Virus record (IMG/VR): IMGVR_UViG_3300028883_000011
Location: 1 to 57,904 of that record
From: a virus
Taxonomy: Duplodnaviria; Caudoviricetes
DNA length: 57,904 nucleotides
Strand: one strand, 5' to 3'
Every line of letters begins with the position of its first letter. Within the stretch, counting starts at the first letter, position 1. Positions 28,171 through 36,503 of the stretch are shown in pieces. Below the pieces are notes generated by a model. The model saw only the letters and a program-made list of their open reading frames with translations, was not told the origin of the DNA and searched no databases. Made by a program: the position numbers and the translations under genes.

Positions 28171-28464
28171 TTACTCCAATACCAAATACATGTAGTTTTC
28201 ATAAATCATGGTGCTGGTTAAATACACAGCAACCAGACCCAAAGCAGCATTGAAAACCGAAATTCGCGTCTTATATACCAACCAGCCGACAGCCAGTGAC
28301 GCAACGATCCGAAGCCCCAGGATCAGGCTCAGGTGCTGGGCGTAGAAATGGAGATGGTGGTCAGGGCTGGGGATCCTGCCGAATCCACGAAGTGCATAGT
28401 CCAGCATGAAAGCATCGACTAGATTCAGGACAATGAGAATATAGTAGGTAGCTTTACCAAACAT
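28171..28464 (-). CDS. Three-TM membrane protein
   Basis: Hydrophobic helices. Confidence 0.6.
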   Translation of the reverse strand: MFGKATYYILIVLNLVDAFMLDYALRGFGRIPSPDHHLHFYAQHLSLILGLRIVASLAVGWLVYKTRISVFNAALGLVAVYLTSTMIYENYMYLVLE

Positions 28465-28495
28465 GTTTTTGATTGTTCCTGCACAGCATCCTTCG

Positions 28496-28906
28496 TTAGC
28501 TTAGAAATCGATCGAGAATTAGGCCAAAAACAAAGATAGCAACAATCATAAAAATTGCGATTAAAGGAATGGATGCATTCAAACGCTTTTTGTCTGTAAC
28601 TTGGGTCTTTGCCGGGTTAGTGTTGCCAGGAGGAATGCTTTGATCGGATAACGCCTCTTTGCAGACGGGGCATAGTTTCACATCCTTGCTGTCAACCCTG
28701 TTCCCGCAATTTGAGCAAACCAGCCTAAACGACATACGGAAACCGACATACACGAGGACTATTCCAGCGATAACCCAAAAGATGCCGAAGATAGAGAAAA
28801 TAACAGTTAAGATATTAATGACCCCAAAAATGAACATGCAGAATCCAATTATCTCCAGCAGCAGTCCGGCTCCAGATGTCTGTCTTTTTCGCTGAATTAC
28901 GGCCAT
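28496..28906 (-). CDS. Membrane protein with zinc ribbon
   Basis: TM-TM-CSNCG...CPVC-TM. Confidence 0.7.
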   Translation of the reverse strand: MAVIQRKRQTSGAGLLLEIIGFCMFIFGVINILTVIFSIFGIFWVIAGIVLVYVGFRMSFRLVCSNCGNRVDSKDVKLCPVCKEALSDQSIPPGNTNPAKTQVTDKKRLNASIPLIAIFMIVAIFVFGLILDRFLS

Positions 28907-28989
28907 GGTTAATTCTTTTTTGTGTTTATCTGGTTATTATTGCGAGTATAATGATCAAGGCAACAGCGCCGGCAATAGCGTAGCCCGGG

Positions 28990-29673
28990 TTAATAATCCC
29001 ATGGACGGACATCTTTTTGCCATCCCCCGTATTGGTCTTTTGATTCGCGGATATTGAGAGTCCTCTTTTCAACTTTCCCATCCTTGAATTTTATCTCAAG
29101 ATTGAAAGTTTCAAGGAACCCGATATCATCATGATTTCGAGTGTTGATTACAATAAAACGATGCAGAAGAAGCCCCGGCGGGATGACAAGTTTTCCCCTG
29201 AATAAATGCCCAGGAGGAAAGAGCTGACTCTTATCGATTGTTTCAAATTTTGCATTAAAATCCTGAGCAGACAAAGCGGCAATGGCAGTGGCAGCTAAAA
29301 GTCCCCCAGCTCGCGCATCTGATCTTGTTTTTGCTGTCATCGCACCAACCGTGCCTACAATGAAACCAATTTTTGCTAAAATTTGTTTGTTTTTCTCGAT
29401 TTTGTTTTGTGTAGCCTGCATCCAATATTGATATTCCTGTCCTGCTGTAAATTTGACATTTTTGTTTATTTTTTCTTTGTCAAAAGTCAGCTTTACACTC
29501 TCGATGAACATCCAATCCTGAGTGTTGTTGTAGAAAGTAAAATCTATCACTCCAAAATACTGCGTCGAATGTGATTGCCGTATTGAATTTTTAATTTCAA
29601 GGTCATCTTCAGCAAAGGAACAAGTGACAATACCCATTATCATAGACAAAGTTATTATGATCACTTTTCTCAT
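28990..29673 (-). CDS. Exported protein with glycine-zipper-like segment
   Basis: Signal peptide ending SFA; GTVGA...AGGLLAA segment. Confidence 0.6.
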   Translation of the reverse strand: MRKVIIITLSMIMGIVTCSFAEDDLEIKNSIRQSHSTQYFGVIDFTFYNNTQDWMFIESVKLTFDKEKINKNVKFTAGQEYQYWMQATQNKIEKNKQILAKIGFIVGTVGAMTAKTRSDARAGGLLAATAIAALSAQDFNAKFETIDKSQLFPPGHLFRGKLVIPPGLLLHRFIVINTRNHDDIGFLETFNLEIKFKDGKVEKRTLNIRESKDQYGGWQKDVRPWDY

Positions 29674-29862
29674 TGGAATTCTCTGATTCAGTTTTTGCGA
29701 TTTGAGTTTAAATAAGATCAGCCATCGAATACACCTATCCGGGAAGAAAATCAATATTAGTTCACTGCTGAAAGATGTCAGCGTTTGTTTTCTCTATCCC
29801 GCCTGTATTGGTTTAAAAGCGCAATCACATTTGTTCCTGGTACGCGGCATGCTTTTTCCTTT

Positions 29863-30606
29863 TTATCCATTACTGTGTTTTTTTTCTGGGAGGGTAATCT
29901 CTTTTTTCAACTGATCTATTTCTAACAGCAACCTGGTTTTATCGGCTCTGAGATCGCTGATCGTTTCAAGTAGTTGCTCAATGTATTGGTTTTTCTCTTT
30001 GATTATTGCGATTAAATCAAGAGAGTCCTGCTGGGCTTTTTGTTCAGAAAAAACCTGTTGTGTTGCCGAAATAAGTTCATTTATCGTTGTTGCCTTATCA
30101 ATTCCCTGAATCGCGTCCTTTATAAGCTTAGGATCTCTTCTCAGCATATATTCTTCTTCGACATCAAATAATTTTGACATTTGAATCAGGTGATTTGTCG
30201 GAATCGTTCTTTTCCCCCTTTCCCATTGACTTATTGCAGCTGCTGTTTTTAGCCCAAGCTTTTCAGCCAGCTCTATTTGATCCCATCCTTTTTTTTCACG
30301 ATGATACCTCACCCGGTCAGCCTGTGTCTGCGGGAGATCTTCCTGATTAACGTTAATTTTAGTTAAATACGGTTCACCCTCCCCGCTTTCCAGCCAGTAA
30401 GTATTACATCCTATTTTTGCCAATTCTGCAGTGGCATCTGCCCCAAGTCTCTGCAAACCTGAAAGTACAGCACTTATTGTAGATTTCGATTTTCCAACCA
30501 TTTTTGCAAATCTGTTTTGCTTTCCCTTGGCTAACTCATTGATATAAAACCTTACTCTACCTGTATACTCAGAAAGTTCTGATTTCTGGATTTTTTTTAT
30601 TGACAT
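29863..30606 (-). CDS. CI-like repressor with two XRE HTH domains and no S24 peptidase
   Basis: QNRFAKMVGKSKSTIS and WDQIELAEKLG...ISQWERG; divergent from the cro-like gene. Confidence 0.85.
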   Translation of the reverse strand: MSIKKIQKSELSEYTGRVRFYINELAKGKQNRFAKMVGKSKSTISAVLSGLQRLGADATAELAKIGCNTYWLESGEGEPYLTKINVNQEDLPQTQADRVRYHREKKGWDQIELAEKLGLKTAAAISQWERGKRTIPTNHLIQMSKLFDVEEEYMLRRDPKLIKDAIQGIDKATTINELISATQQVFSEQKAQQDSLDLIAIIKEKNQYIEQLLETISDLRADKTRLLLEIDQLKKEITLPEKKHSNG

Positions 30607-30627
30607 ATCCTGTTTTATGGATATAAT
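30600..30627 (+). promoter_or_regulatory. Sigma70 early promoter with overlapping operator-like inverted repeat
   Basis: TTGACA-16 nt-TATAAT; ATATCC/GGATAT inverted repeat; the -35 overlaps the repressor start codon. Confidence 0.75.
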
Positions 30628-30703
30628 TTAACTTAACAAACCATAAAAAGCAAAATCAACACAAAACAAATTTAAACAATAACCATTCGAGAGGAATCGA
30701 GCA

Positions 30704-30904
30704 ATGGAAAACACAGGATACAACATTCTGGCTGAAAAGCTGACGGTACAACAGGTTGCGCCAATGCTAGGCGTTCACGTCAACACCCTGATGCTTTGGC
30801 TCAGAACCGGCCAAAACGCACCGAAAAGCTTCAAGTCCGGGAAAAAATACATCTTCCTTGAATCCGATGTCAGAGATTGGCTTGAGAAGCAGCGAGTCAA
30901 TTAA
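30704..30904 (+). CDS. Cro/excisionase-like HTH protein
   Basis: LTVQQVAPMLGVHVNTL..W....P...DVRDWL. Confidence 0.8.
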   Translation: MENTGYNILAEKLTVQQVAPMLGVHVNTLMLWLRTGQNAPKSFKSGKKYIFLESDVRDWLEKQRVN

Positions 30905-30968
30905 AGTTAACGGAATTTTATTTTATTTCACAAAACTTAACAATATTAATTGAGAATTCAGATTTCAT

Positions 30969-31430
30969 ATGCCAAGCAAACCTGACGAATTTCTGATTTC
31001 AGAAATGATATACCGTATTTTTTGCACGAGACCGCTGGAAGAGATTGCTCCGATGGTGGGCAAACATGCAAACACGATCCGAAACGAGTTGAATCCCAAT
31101 AATCCGCAATACAAAAACGGATTTAACAGTGTTGTTGATTATATGGATTTTACCGGTGAATTTTTCGAGTTAGTGAACTGGCTGGCCAATCGCTACAGCC
31201 ATCACCTTGTCCCCAACCCCCAAGCATGTCCTTCCCCTGAACATTTAAATCGGCTGTTAACAGAAACCACAAAAGTATTGGGGCGTTTATCGGAAGTTTA
31301 CTTGGATGCTACAGACCCAAGTAGTCCTGGTGGGGTCGAGATTACTGAAGAAGAACGCGAGCGGATATTACGAAAAGTGCAACCCGTAAAACACATAATC
31401 AACCAAATTGAATCCAAATTACGAAAGTAA
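30969..31430 (+). CDS. CII-like phage regulatory protein
   Basis: IAPMVGK..NTIRNELNP and C-terminal EITEEERERI. Confidence 0.65.
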   Translation: MPSKPDEFLISEMIYRIFCTRPLEEIAPMVGKHANTIRNELNPNNPQYKNGFNSVVDYMDFTGEFFELVNWLANRYSHHLVPNPQACPSPEHLNRLLTETTKVLGRLSEVYLDATDPSSPGGVEITEEERERILRKVQPVKHIINQIESKLRK

Positions 31431-31432
31431 CC

Positions 31433-31612
31433 ATGGGAGAAAAACTGATCAGATTTCCACAGCTGCTGGAGCGTATTCCGGTTTCGAAGCGAACCATTGC
31501 CCGCTGGGAGCAGAAAGGGCAATTTCCGAAACGCCGGAGACTTTCCGGAACATCGGTTGCCTGGGTCGAGTCCGAAGTAGACCAGTGGATCGCTGAGCGA
31601 CCAACCGCTTAA
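31433..31612 (+). CDS. alpA: AlpA-family regulator/recombination directionality factor (missing from the ORF track)
   Basis: MGEKLIRFPQLLERIPVSKRTIARWEQKGQFPKRRRLSGTSVAWVESEVDQWIAER. Confidence 0.85.
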   Translation: MGEKLIRFPQLLERIPVSKRTIARWEQKGQFPKRRRLSGTSVAWVESEVDQWIAERPTA

Positions 31613-31622
31613 GGGTAGAAAA

Positions 31623-32363
31623 ATGAATGATCAAATGACAATTGATGATGGCTTTTCATCACAAATTCCCCCGCAGAATATTGGGTTAATCACAATTGAA
31701 GAAATCGACGGAGAGCCGAGAGTTGATTCTCGATTGATCTCCCAGGAACTGGGAATTGAGCATAAGCATACCCTGGAAATGATCAGAAAATACCGCGAGC
31801 GGTTTGAACGGTATGGAAAGGTGGCGTTTAAAACGGCACCTTCTTTAAATCCAGGTAGTTGCCAGAATGTGACAGTTGGCTATCTCAATGAACAGCAGTC
31901 CACTTTCCTAGTCACACTCTCGAGGAATAGTGAGCAGGCCGTAGATCTAAAACAAAAACTCACCGACTCATATTACCACTATAAAAATCAATTTGCACTT
32001 AAAGTTCCAACTACCTATGCAGAAGCCCTGCAGCTTGCAGCTGACCAAGCCAAAAAGATCGAAGAAGACCGGCCCAAGGTAGAGTATTTTGAGCGGGTGG
32101 CCGATTCAGATGGTCTGCATGCTATCGGTGAAGCTGCCAAGATCCTGAACCTTGGATATGGCAGGAATACCTTCTTTGTGAAGCTGCGCGAGATGGGCAT
32201 CATGATGAAGGATAAAACGGTTCCTTACCAGAAGTATGTTGATCAGGGATATTTCGAACTCAAGCAGGTTGTTGTCGGCAGTGGACATATCAAGCACCAG
32301 GCATATGTCACCGGCAAGGGAATGATCTGGCTTGAGAGGCAATTCAAAATCCGCGCAGTTTAA
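31623..32363 (+). CDS. Antirepressor, Rha N-terminal plus ANT/KilAC C-terminal domains
   Basis: VDSRLISQELGIEHK; PTTYAEAL..AA...PKVEYF...VTGKG. Confidence 0.88.
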   Translation: MNDQMTIDDGFSSQIPPQNIGLITIEEIDGEPRVDSRLISQELGIEHKHTLEMIRKYRERFERYGKVAFKTAPSLNPGSCQNVTVGYLNEQQSTFLVTLSRNSEQAVDLKQKLTDSYYHYKNQFALKVPTTYAEALQLAADQAKKIEEDRPKVEYFERVADSDGLHAIGEAAKILNLGYGRNTFFVKLREMGIMMKDKTVPYQKYVDQGYFELKQVVVGSGHIKHQAYVTGKGMIWLERQFKIRAV

Positions 32364-32394
32364 CCATTCTTGGAGGAGGAGCGATGAGAGCCGT

Positions 32395-32562
32395 TTATTT
32401 TTGTTTTTCTTCTTCCAGGCGCTCTTTGAGCCAGATAGACACAAGGCTGGACAAGGGAACTTCTTTCTTATCCGCCATCTCTTGCAGGTTTCGCTTGAAG
32501 TCTGGTGTGACGCGTAGCTTTATCAAGTCTGATTTCGGATTTACCTTTTTTGGTGCAGCCAT
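32395..32562 (-). CDS. Ribbon-helix-helix (Arc/Mnt-like) regulator
   Basis: IKLRVTPDFKRNLQEMADKKEVPLSSLV. Confidence 0.7.
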   Translation of the reverse strand: MAAPKKVNPKSDLIKLRVTPDFKRNLQEMADKKEVPLSSLVSIWLKERLEEEKQK

Positions 32563-32582
32563 AAAATAGTCACAAAAAGATC

Positions 32583-32631
32583 TTGACAAGTGTTCTTTTT
32601 GTGTCCACAATAATTACTAACATGGGACACA
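32583..32631 (+). promoter_or_regulatory. Promoter plus TGTGTCC/GGACACA operator between divergent RHH genes
   Basis: TTGACA-17 nt-CACAAT; inverted repeat 32600-32631. Confidence 0.55.
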
Positions 32632-32633
32632 TT

Positions 32634-32834
32634 ATGAAAACTGATCAAATTAAAATCAGAACAACAACAGAGTTCAAGCAACGGGTTTTGCAGGTGGCAA
32701 ACCACCGGAACCTGTCGATTAGCACTCTGGCAACTATTGCACTTGAGAATGAAATGTCCCGATTCAGCAATAATGTTACCACAAAAAACCATTCTTGTGC
32801 AAACAACGAATCCTGTCAACAAGAGGAGCGATGA
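32634..32834 (+). CDS. Ribbon-helix-helix (Arc-like) regulator
   Basis: IKIRTTTEFKQRVLQVANHRNLSISTLA. Confidence 0.7.
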   Translation: MKTDQIKIRTTTEFKQRVLQVANHRNLSISTLATIALENEMSRFSNNVTTKNHSCANNESCQQEER

Positions 32835-33196
32835 AACTGATTTTTTATCAATACCTGCATGAAGGGGAACCACAAGTTGAATACTTTGTGGACGAGGATC
32901 CCGAATACCATAAGCCTGGTGAGCGTCACGAGTTCACCATCCCCGATTCCTTCATTGACGGCAGAGTCAAAAAACGCATGAAGGACCGCCAGAAGCTGGA
33001 GGAGGCCATTTTTCAGACCACCAGCGATTCCGATTTGCTGCAAATGACCATCGATCTGGTTTCTACCGGCTGGTCCGATATGCTGCAACCGGTGAAAGAC
33101 GATGCCGAGCGCTATATCCGTGATGAGATCTCTGATGAGATCGTGGATGAGTATCACAGCGCGATGCAAAAAGAGCCGATGAAAGAGGCGGTATGA
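32831..33196 (+). CDS. Hypothetical protein
   Basis: RBS GAGGAG; coupled to neighbouring genes. Confidence 0.65.
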   Translation: MKLIFYQYLHEGEPQVEYFVDEDPEYHKPGERHEFTIPDSFIDGRVKKRMKDRQKLEEAIFQTTSDSDLLQMTIDLVSTGWSDMLQPVKDDAERYIRDEISDEIVDEYHSAMQKEPMKEAV

Positions 33197-33492
33197 AAAA
33201 CGTCATCGAAATCCTTGGCGCTTTGGAGCCGCTTAATCTTGTTAATGCCCTGGCCGACATGTCCCGACCTGAGCAGTGTGATCTGCTAAAATACATTCGG
33301 CAAAACGGGCATGACATGCAGTCAAAGCGGATCAGGTACGTGATCTTGAAACTTCGCGGGATGAGTGACTATTTCATCAAACAAACCGAGCTGGATTATG
33401 AGTTTATCTTGAAGTCCGGCGAATACGGATCAGGGGCTTTTGGCCTTGTAGCTGAAAGCCTGCACGGCCCACCTGCATGGGCCAGGAGATAA
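33193..33492 (+). CDS. Hypothetical protein
   Basis: ATGA coupling, RBS. Confidence 0.6.
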   Translation: MKNVIEILGALEPLNLVNALADMSRPEQCDLLKYIRQNGHDMQSKRIRYVILKLRGMSDYFIKQTELDYEFILKSGEYGSGAFGLVAESLHGPPAWARR

Positions 33493-33504
33493 CGGAGGAG
33501 GATA

Positions 33505-34104
33505 ATGCTTACAAAAATTCAAGCCGAACTGAAGGCCCCCAAATCGCAGTTTAATGATTTCGGGAACTACAACTACAGAAGCTGCGAAGATATCCTGGAG
33601 GCGGTCAAACCTCTGCTGGTAGATCATGGATGCACTCTGACCATTACTGATTCGATTGAATGCCATGGTGACAGGGTTTATGTCTGCGCAACTGCCCGGT
33701 TTAAAGATGCTGAGAACAACGAAACCGAAGTTAAAGCATATGCCCGGGAACAAGCTAACAAAAAGGGGATGGATGAAAGCCAGGTGACTGGCGCCACGTC
33801 CTCTTATGCCAGGAAATATGCCCTGAATGGTCTTTTCCTGATTGACGATAACAAAGACGCTGACGGTCAAGACAACAGGGGCCAGGGGCAGAAACCACAG
33901 CAAGATGGCAGTCAAAACAATCCACCTGCTGGAGTCAACAATAAACAGACCGTTGAGCGGGTTCTCAACAAGAACGAGGTTGATCAGAAGTGGAACGGCA
34001 AGATCTACGCAGGTGACACTGTCTACATCGATAAAGTGCGCATTAAACCGCCTGTAGAGCAGCTGGCCAAGCTGAAAACTCACCCGAAATACAAAGGGGA
34101 ATAA
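33505..34104 (+). CDS. erf: ERF-family single-strand annealing protein
   Basis: IQAELKAPKSQFNDFGNYNYRSCEDILEAVKP; GATSSYARKYAL. Confidence 0.92.
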   Translation: MLTKIQAELKAPKSQFNDFGNYNYRSCEDILEAVKPLLVDHGCTLTITDSIECHGDRVYVCATARFKDAENNETEVKAYAREQANKKGMDESQVTGATSSYARKYALNGLFLIDDNKDADGQDNRGQGQKPQQDGSQNNPPAGVNNKQTVERVLNKNEVDQKWNGKIYAGDTVYIDKVRIKPPVEQLAKLKTHPKYKGE

Positions 34105-34139
34105 TCTGTCAATAGGCCGCATCAAATCGGGAGAGAAGA

Positions 34140-34544
34140 ATGGAATATACACACTACTGGCGACAGCAAAGAGATTTCACAGATGCAGAATGGGACCAGA
34201 TCAAAAAGGCTTTCGGTGCTATCCATGAAAAGTCAGGTGTTTTGCTGACTGGCCCAAGTGGCGAACCAAATGATCCTATTATTTGCGATGACGGAAGAAT
34301 CGAATTCAACGGCGTAGAGGATGAAAACAACGACCACGCACATGAAACCTTCATCGTGGAAAAGATTAAAACCAGTGGCTTTGAATTCTGCAAGACTGCC
34401 TGCAAGCCATATGACGATGTTGTGACGGGCTTGCTGCTGTATATCGACCACGCAGCACCGGGAGCAATGTCAATCTCATCAGACGGAAATATGAGCGGGG
34501 TTGATTGGGAAACTGGAAGAAATCTTTTTGAATCGGTTAAGTAA
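34140..34544 (+). CDS. Conserved phage hypothetical protein
   Basis: YTHYW...FNG...HETF...FCKTA.KPYD...SSDG pattern. Confidence 0.7.
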   Translation: MEYTHYWRQQRDFTDAEWDQIKKAFGAIHEKSGVLLTGPSGEPNDPIICDDGRIEFNGVEDENNDHAHETFIVEKIKTSGFEFCKTACKPYDDVVTGLLLYIDHAAPGAMSISSDGNMSGVDWETGRNLFESVK

Positions 34545-34601
34545 GCATAACCAGCCCCTTCGGGGGCATAACAACAACCAAACCAACACGGGGGAGAAGA
34601 G

Positions 34602-35039
34602 ATGAGAAAGATTAAACGGTGGCGTTATTACTGCGAGTATTGCGGCAAGGCGGGAGGGTCTGCTTTTCACATGCAGAACCACGAAGAAGCCTGCACGAAG
34701 AACCCAAACCGGAAATGCGGCCTTTGCACGATGGCTGATCTCATGCAGAAGACATCCGACGAGCTGATTAGCTTTATGCGGTAATTTCTCCAAACAGAGC
34801 AATGGTCGAATGACTACGGGATGGAGTCAGACCCGTATCAGGTCATTAAAGAAGGGTACGACGAAGAAACTGTTTTAAAAAAACTGCGGGGCTTTGTTGA
34901 TGGTTGCCCTGCCTGCATGTTGACTGCGATGCGGCTAACTGAATCGACGGGTTGTTTCAGTAAATTCGATTGGAAGAAAGAACGTGACTCATTTTACAAA
35001 GAGTCAATTCCAGAACCTGAATATTATTACGCTATGTAA
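34602..35039 (+). pseudogene. Zinc-binding phage protein interrupted by an in-frame TAA (34782-34784)
   Basis: ORFs 34602-34784 and 34821-35039 are in the same frame with open codons between; Cys motifs on both sides. Confidence 0.6.
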
Positions 35040-35065
35040 TCAGCAGCATAACCCAAGGAGAGAGG

Positions 35066-35260
35066 ATGACATTTGAAGATGCCGTCAAAATAGCAAGAGG
35101 GTGCCACGATTACAGCGGTGGATACCATGACCCGAAAGAATGGGAGATTTACCACCACGGAATCCAGACGGTGATCAATGCGCTCGAATCTGTAGAAAAA
35201 AAGGGCATAACCATGCAGTCGTCAGTCCTTCACTCCATCGGATCAACAGTCACGACATAA
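35066..35260 (+). CDS. Hypothetical protein flanked by 15-bp direct repeats
   Basis: CATAACCCAAGGAGA at 35047 and 35256. Confidence 0.65.
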   Translation: MTFEDAVKIARGCHDYSGGYHDPKEWEIYHHGIQTVINALESVEKKGITMQSSVLHSIGSTVTT

Positions 35261-35274
35261 CCCAAGGAGAAACC

Positions 35275-35523
35275 ATGAACATCCAGCAATGGGAAAACAG
35301 GATCGATACAGCGCCTACCATGGCACACCTGGCAACGATCAAGGAGCAGTGGGAGGAGTGTCAGGAATACCACCCGGCAGAAGAATGGCCGGTGATCTAC
35401 GGTTCGTTGGCAGCCAGGCGGCGGGAACTGAAGATGGAGGGTCCCTGTCATGTCTGCGGCAAGCCGCGGGATTATGCCGGGACTGATGAATGCCCGCATT
35501 GCGGAGATAACTGTCCGTTTTAA
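35275..35523 (+). CDS. Hypothetical protein with C-terminal zinc ribbon
   Basis: CHVCG...CPHCG; RBS AAGGAG. Confidence 0.65.
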   Translation: MNIQQWENRIDTAPTMAHLATIKEQWEECQEYHPAEEWPVIYGSLAARRRELKMEGPCHVCGKPRDYAGTDECPHCGDNCPF

Positions 35524-35567
35524 TCCTCCCTGGGCGCCTGCTTCGGTGGGTGCCTGGGGGGAAATGT

Positions 35568-35695
35568 GGAGCGGTGGCGGAATTGGTAGACGCTAGGGCA
35601 AGACTTCCCGAGGGTGGTGCGAACTCACACAGGGGTGAGGTTACGCAAGGTCACTCAATCCATCCGTCCAGGTTCGAATCCTGGCCGCTCCACCA
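35568..35695 (+). ncRNA. tRNA-like element 1 (Leu-type D arm, canonical T arm, CCA end, anticodon arm replaced by ~74 nt)
   Basis: GGAGCGG/CCGCTCC-A-CCA; TGGCGGAATTGGTAGACGC; CCAGGTTCGAATCCTGG. Confidence 0.75.
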
Positions 35696-35858
35696 ACCAT
35701 AGGCGTCAAGTCCGTTTCATAGGCACGGGTAATGGCAGGAGAAAGGCCTATAACTCCGGGCAGTCAACTTTCGACCGGGTATGGTGGGTGTATGCCACTA
35801 CACCAATTGAAGCCAACCTATTTACTGACCATGCGCCTACATAAACAAAAAAGAGGAG

Positions 35859-36476
35859 ATGAGTCACATGAAAATTTTTGCATTTGATACAGAAACGACG
35901 GGAGTCGAGAAGGGTAAGCACGAAATTACTGAGTTGGCATACTCCATCCAGATAAACGGGGTAGAAAAGAAGTCCGATGTTCTGTACTTCCGGCCGACAA
36001 ACTTCGATATTATTTCGGATTCAGCCCTGGAGGTGACTGGAAAAACGATTGATGAATTGAAGGGCTATCCACTGAGGAAGGAGTCGTTTGATATCCTGAT
36101 GACTGTGATTGAGCAGTTCATCGACAAGTTTGACAAACGGGATAAATTCTATTTCCTGGGATACAATGTCCAGTTCGACATTGATTTCCTTCGCTACATG
36201 TTTCAGTGGATGAAAACTGATTTTCCCGCTGAATATGGCAAAACCTATTTCGGCTCCTACTTCTTCCACAAAAACAACGAGCCCCGTATTGACCCGTTTC
36301 CTGTGCTCCAGCTGTATGCCATCAAGTACAATCTGAATCTTCCGAACTGGCGCCTCAAAACCGTTTGTGATCATTTTGGGATCCGGCTGGATAATGCCCA
36401 TTCCGCACTGGCTGACATCAAAGCAACGCAAGAGCTTGCAGATAAGTTTATTTCTGCAATCAAAAAAATCGATTAA
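35859..36476 (+). CDS. DEDDh 3'-5' exonuclease (DnaQ-like)
   Basis: FDTETTG, GYNVQFD, HSALAD motifs. Confidence 0.9.
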   Translation: MSHMKIFAFDTETTGVEKGKHEITELAYSIQINGVEKKSDVLYFRPTNFDIISDSALEVTGKTIDELKGYPLRKESFDILMTVIEQFIDKFDKRDKFYFLGYNVQFDIDFLRYMFQWMKTDFPAEYGKTYFGSYFFHKNNEPRIDPFPVLQLYAIKYNLNLPNWRLKTVCDHFGIRLDNAHSALADIKATQELADKFISAIKKID

Positions 36477-36503
36477 CAGGTTATCAACAACCAGAGGAAA
36501 GCG

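Noticed and set aside
34782-34784. Genome-wide stop-codon reassignment
   Set aside because: TAA, TAG and TGA all terminate well-defined genes, and long genes are intact under the standard code
34545-35270. True integron with attC sites
   Set aside because: No paired GTTRRRY/RYYYAAC long hairpins seen, and I could not recognise IntI-specific features in either recombinase
35614-35844. 76-aa ORF
   Set aside because: Overlaps the tRNA-like structure, has no RBS and no protein motif
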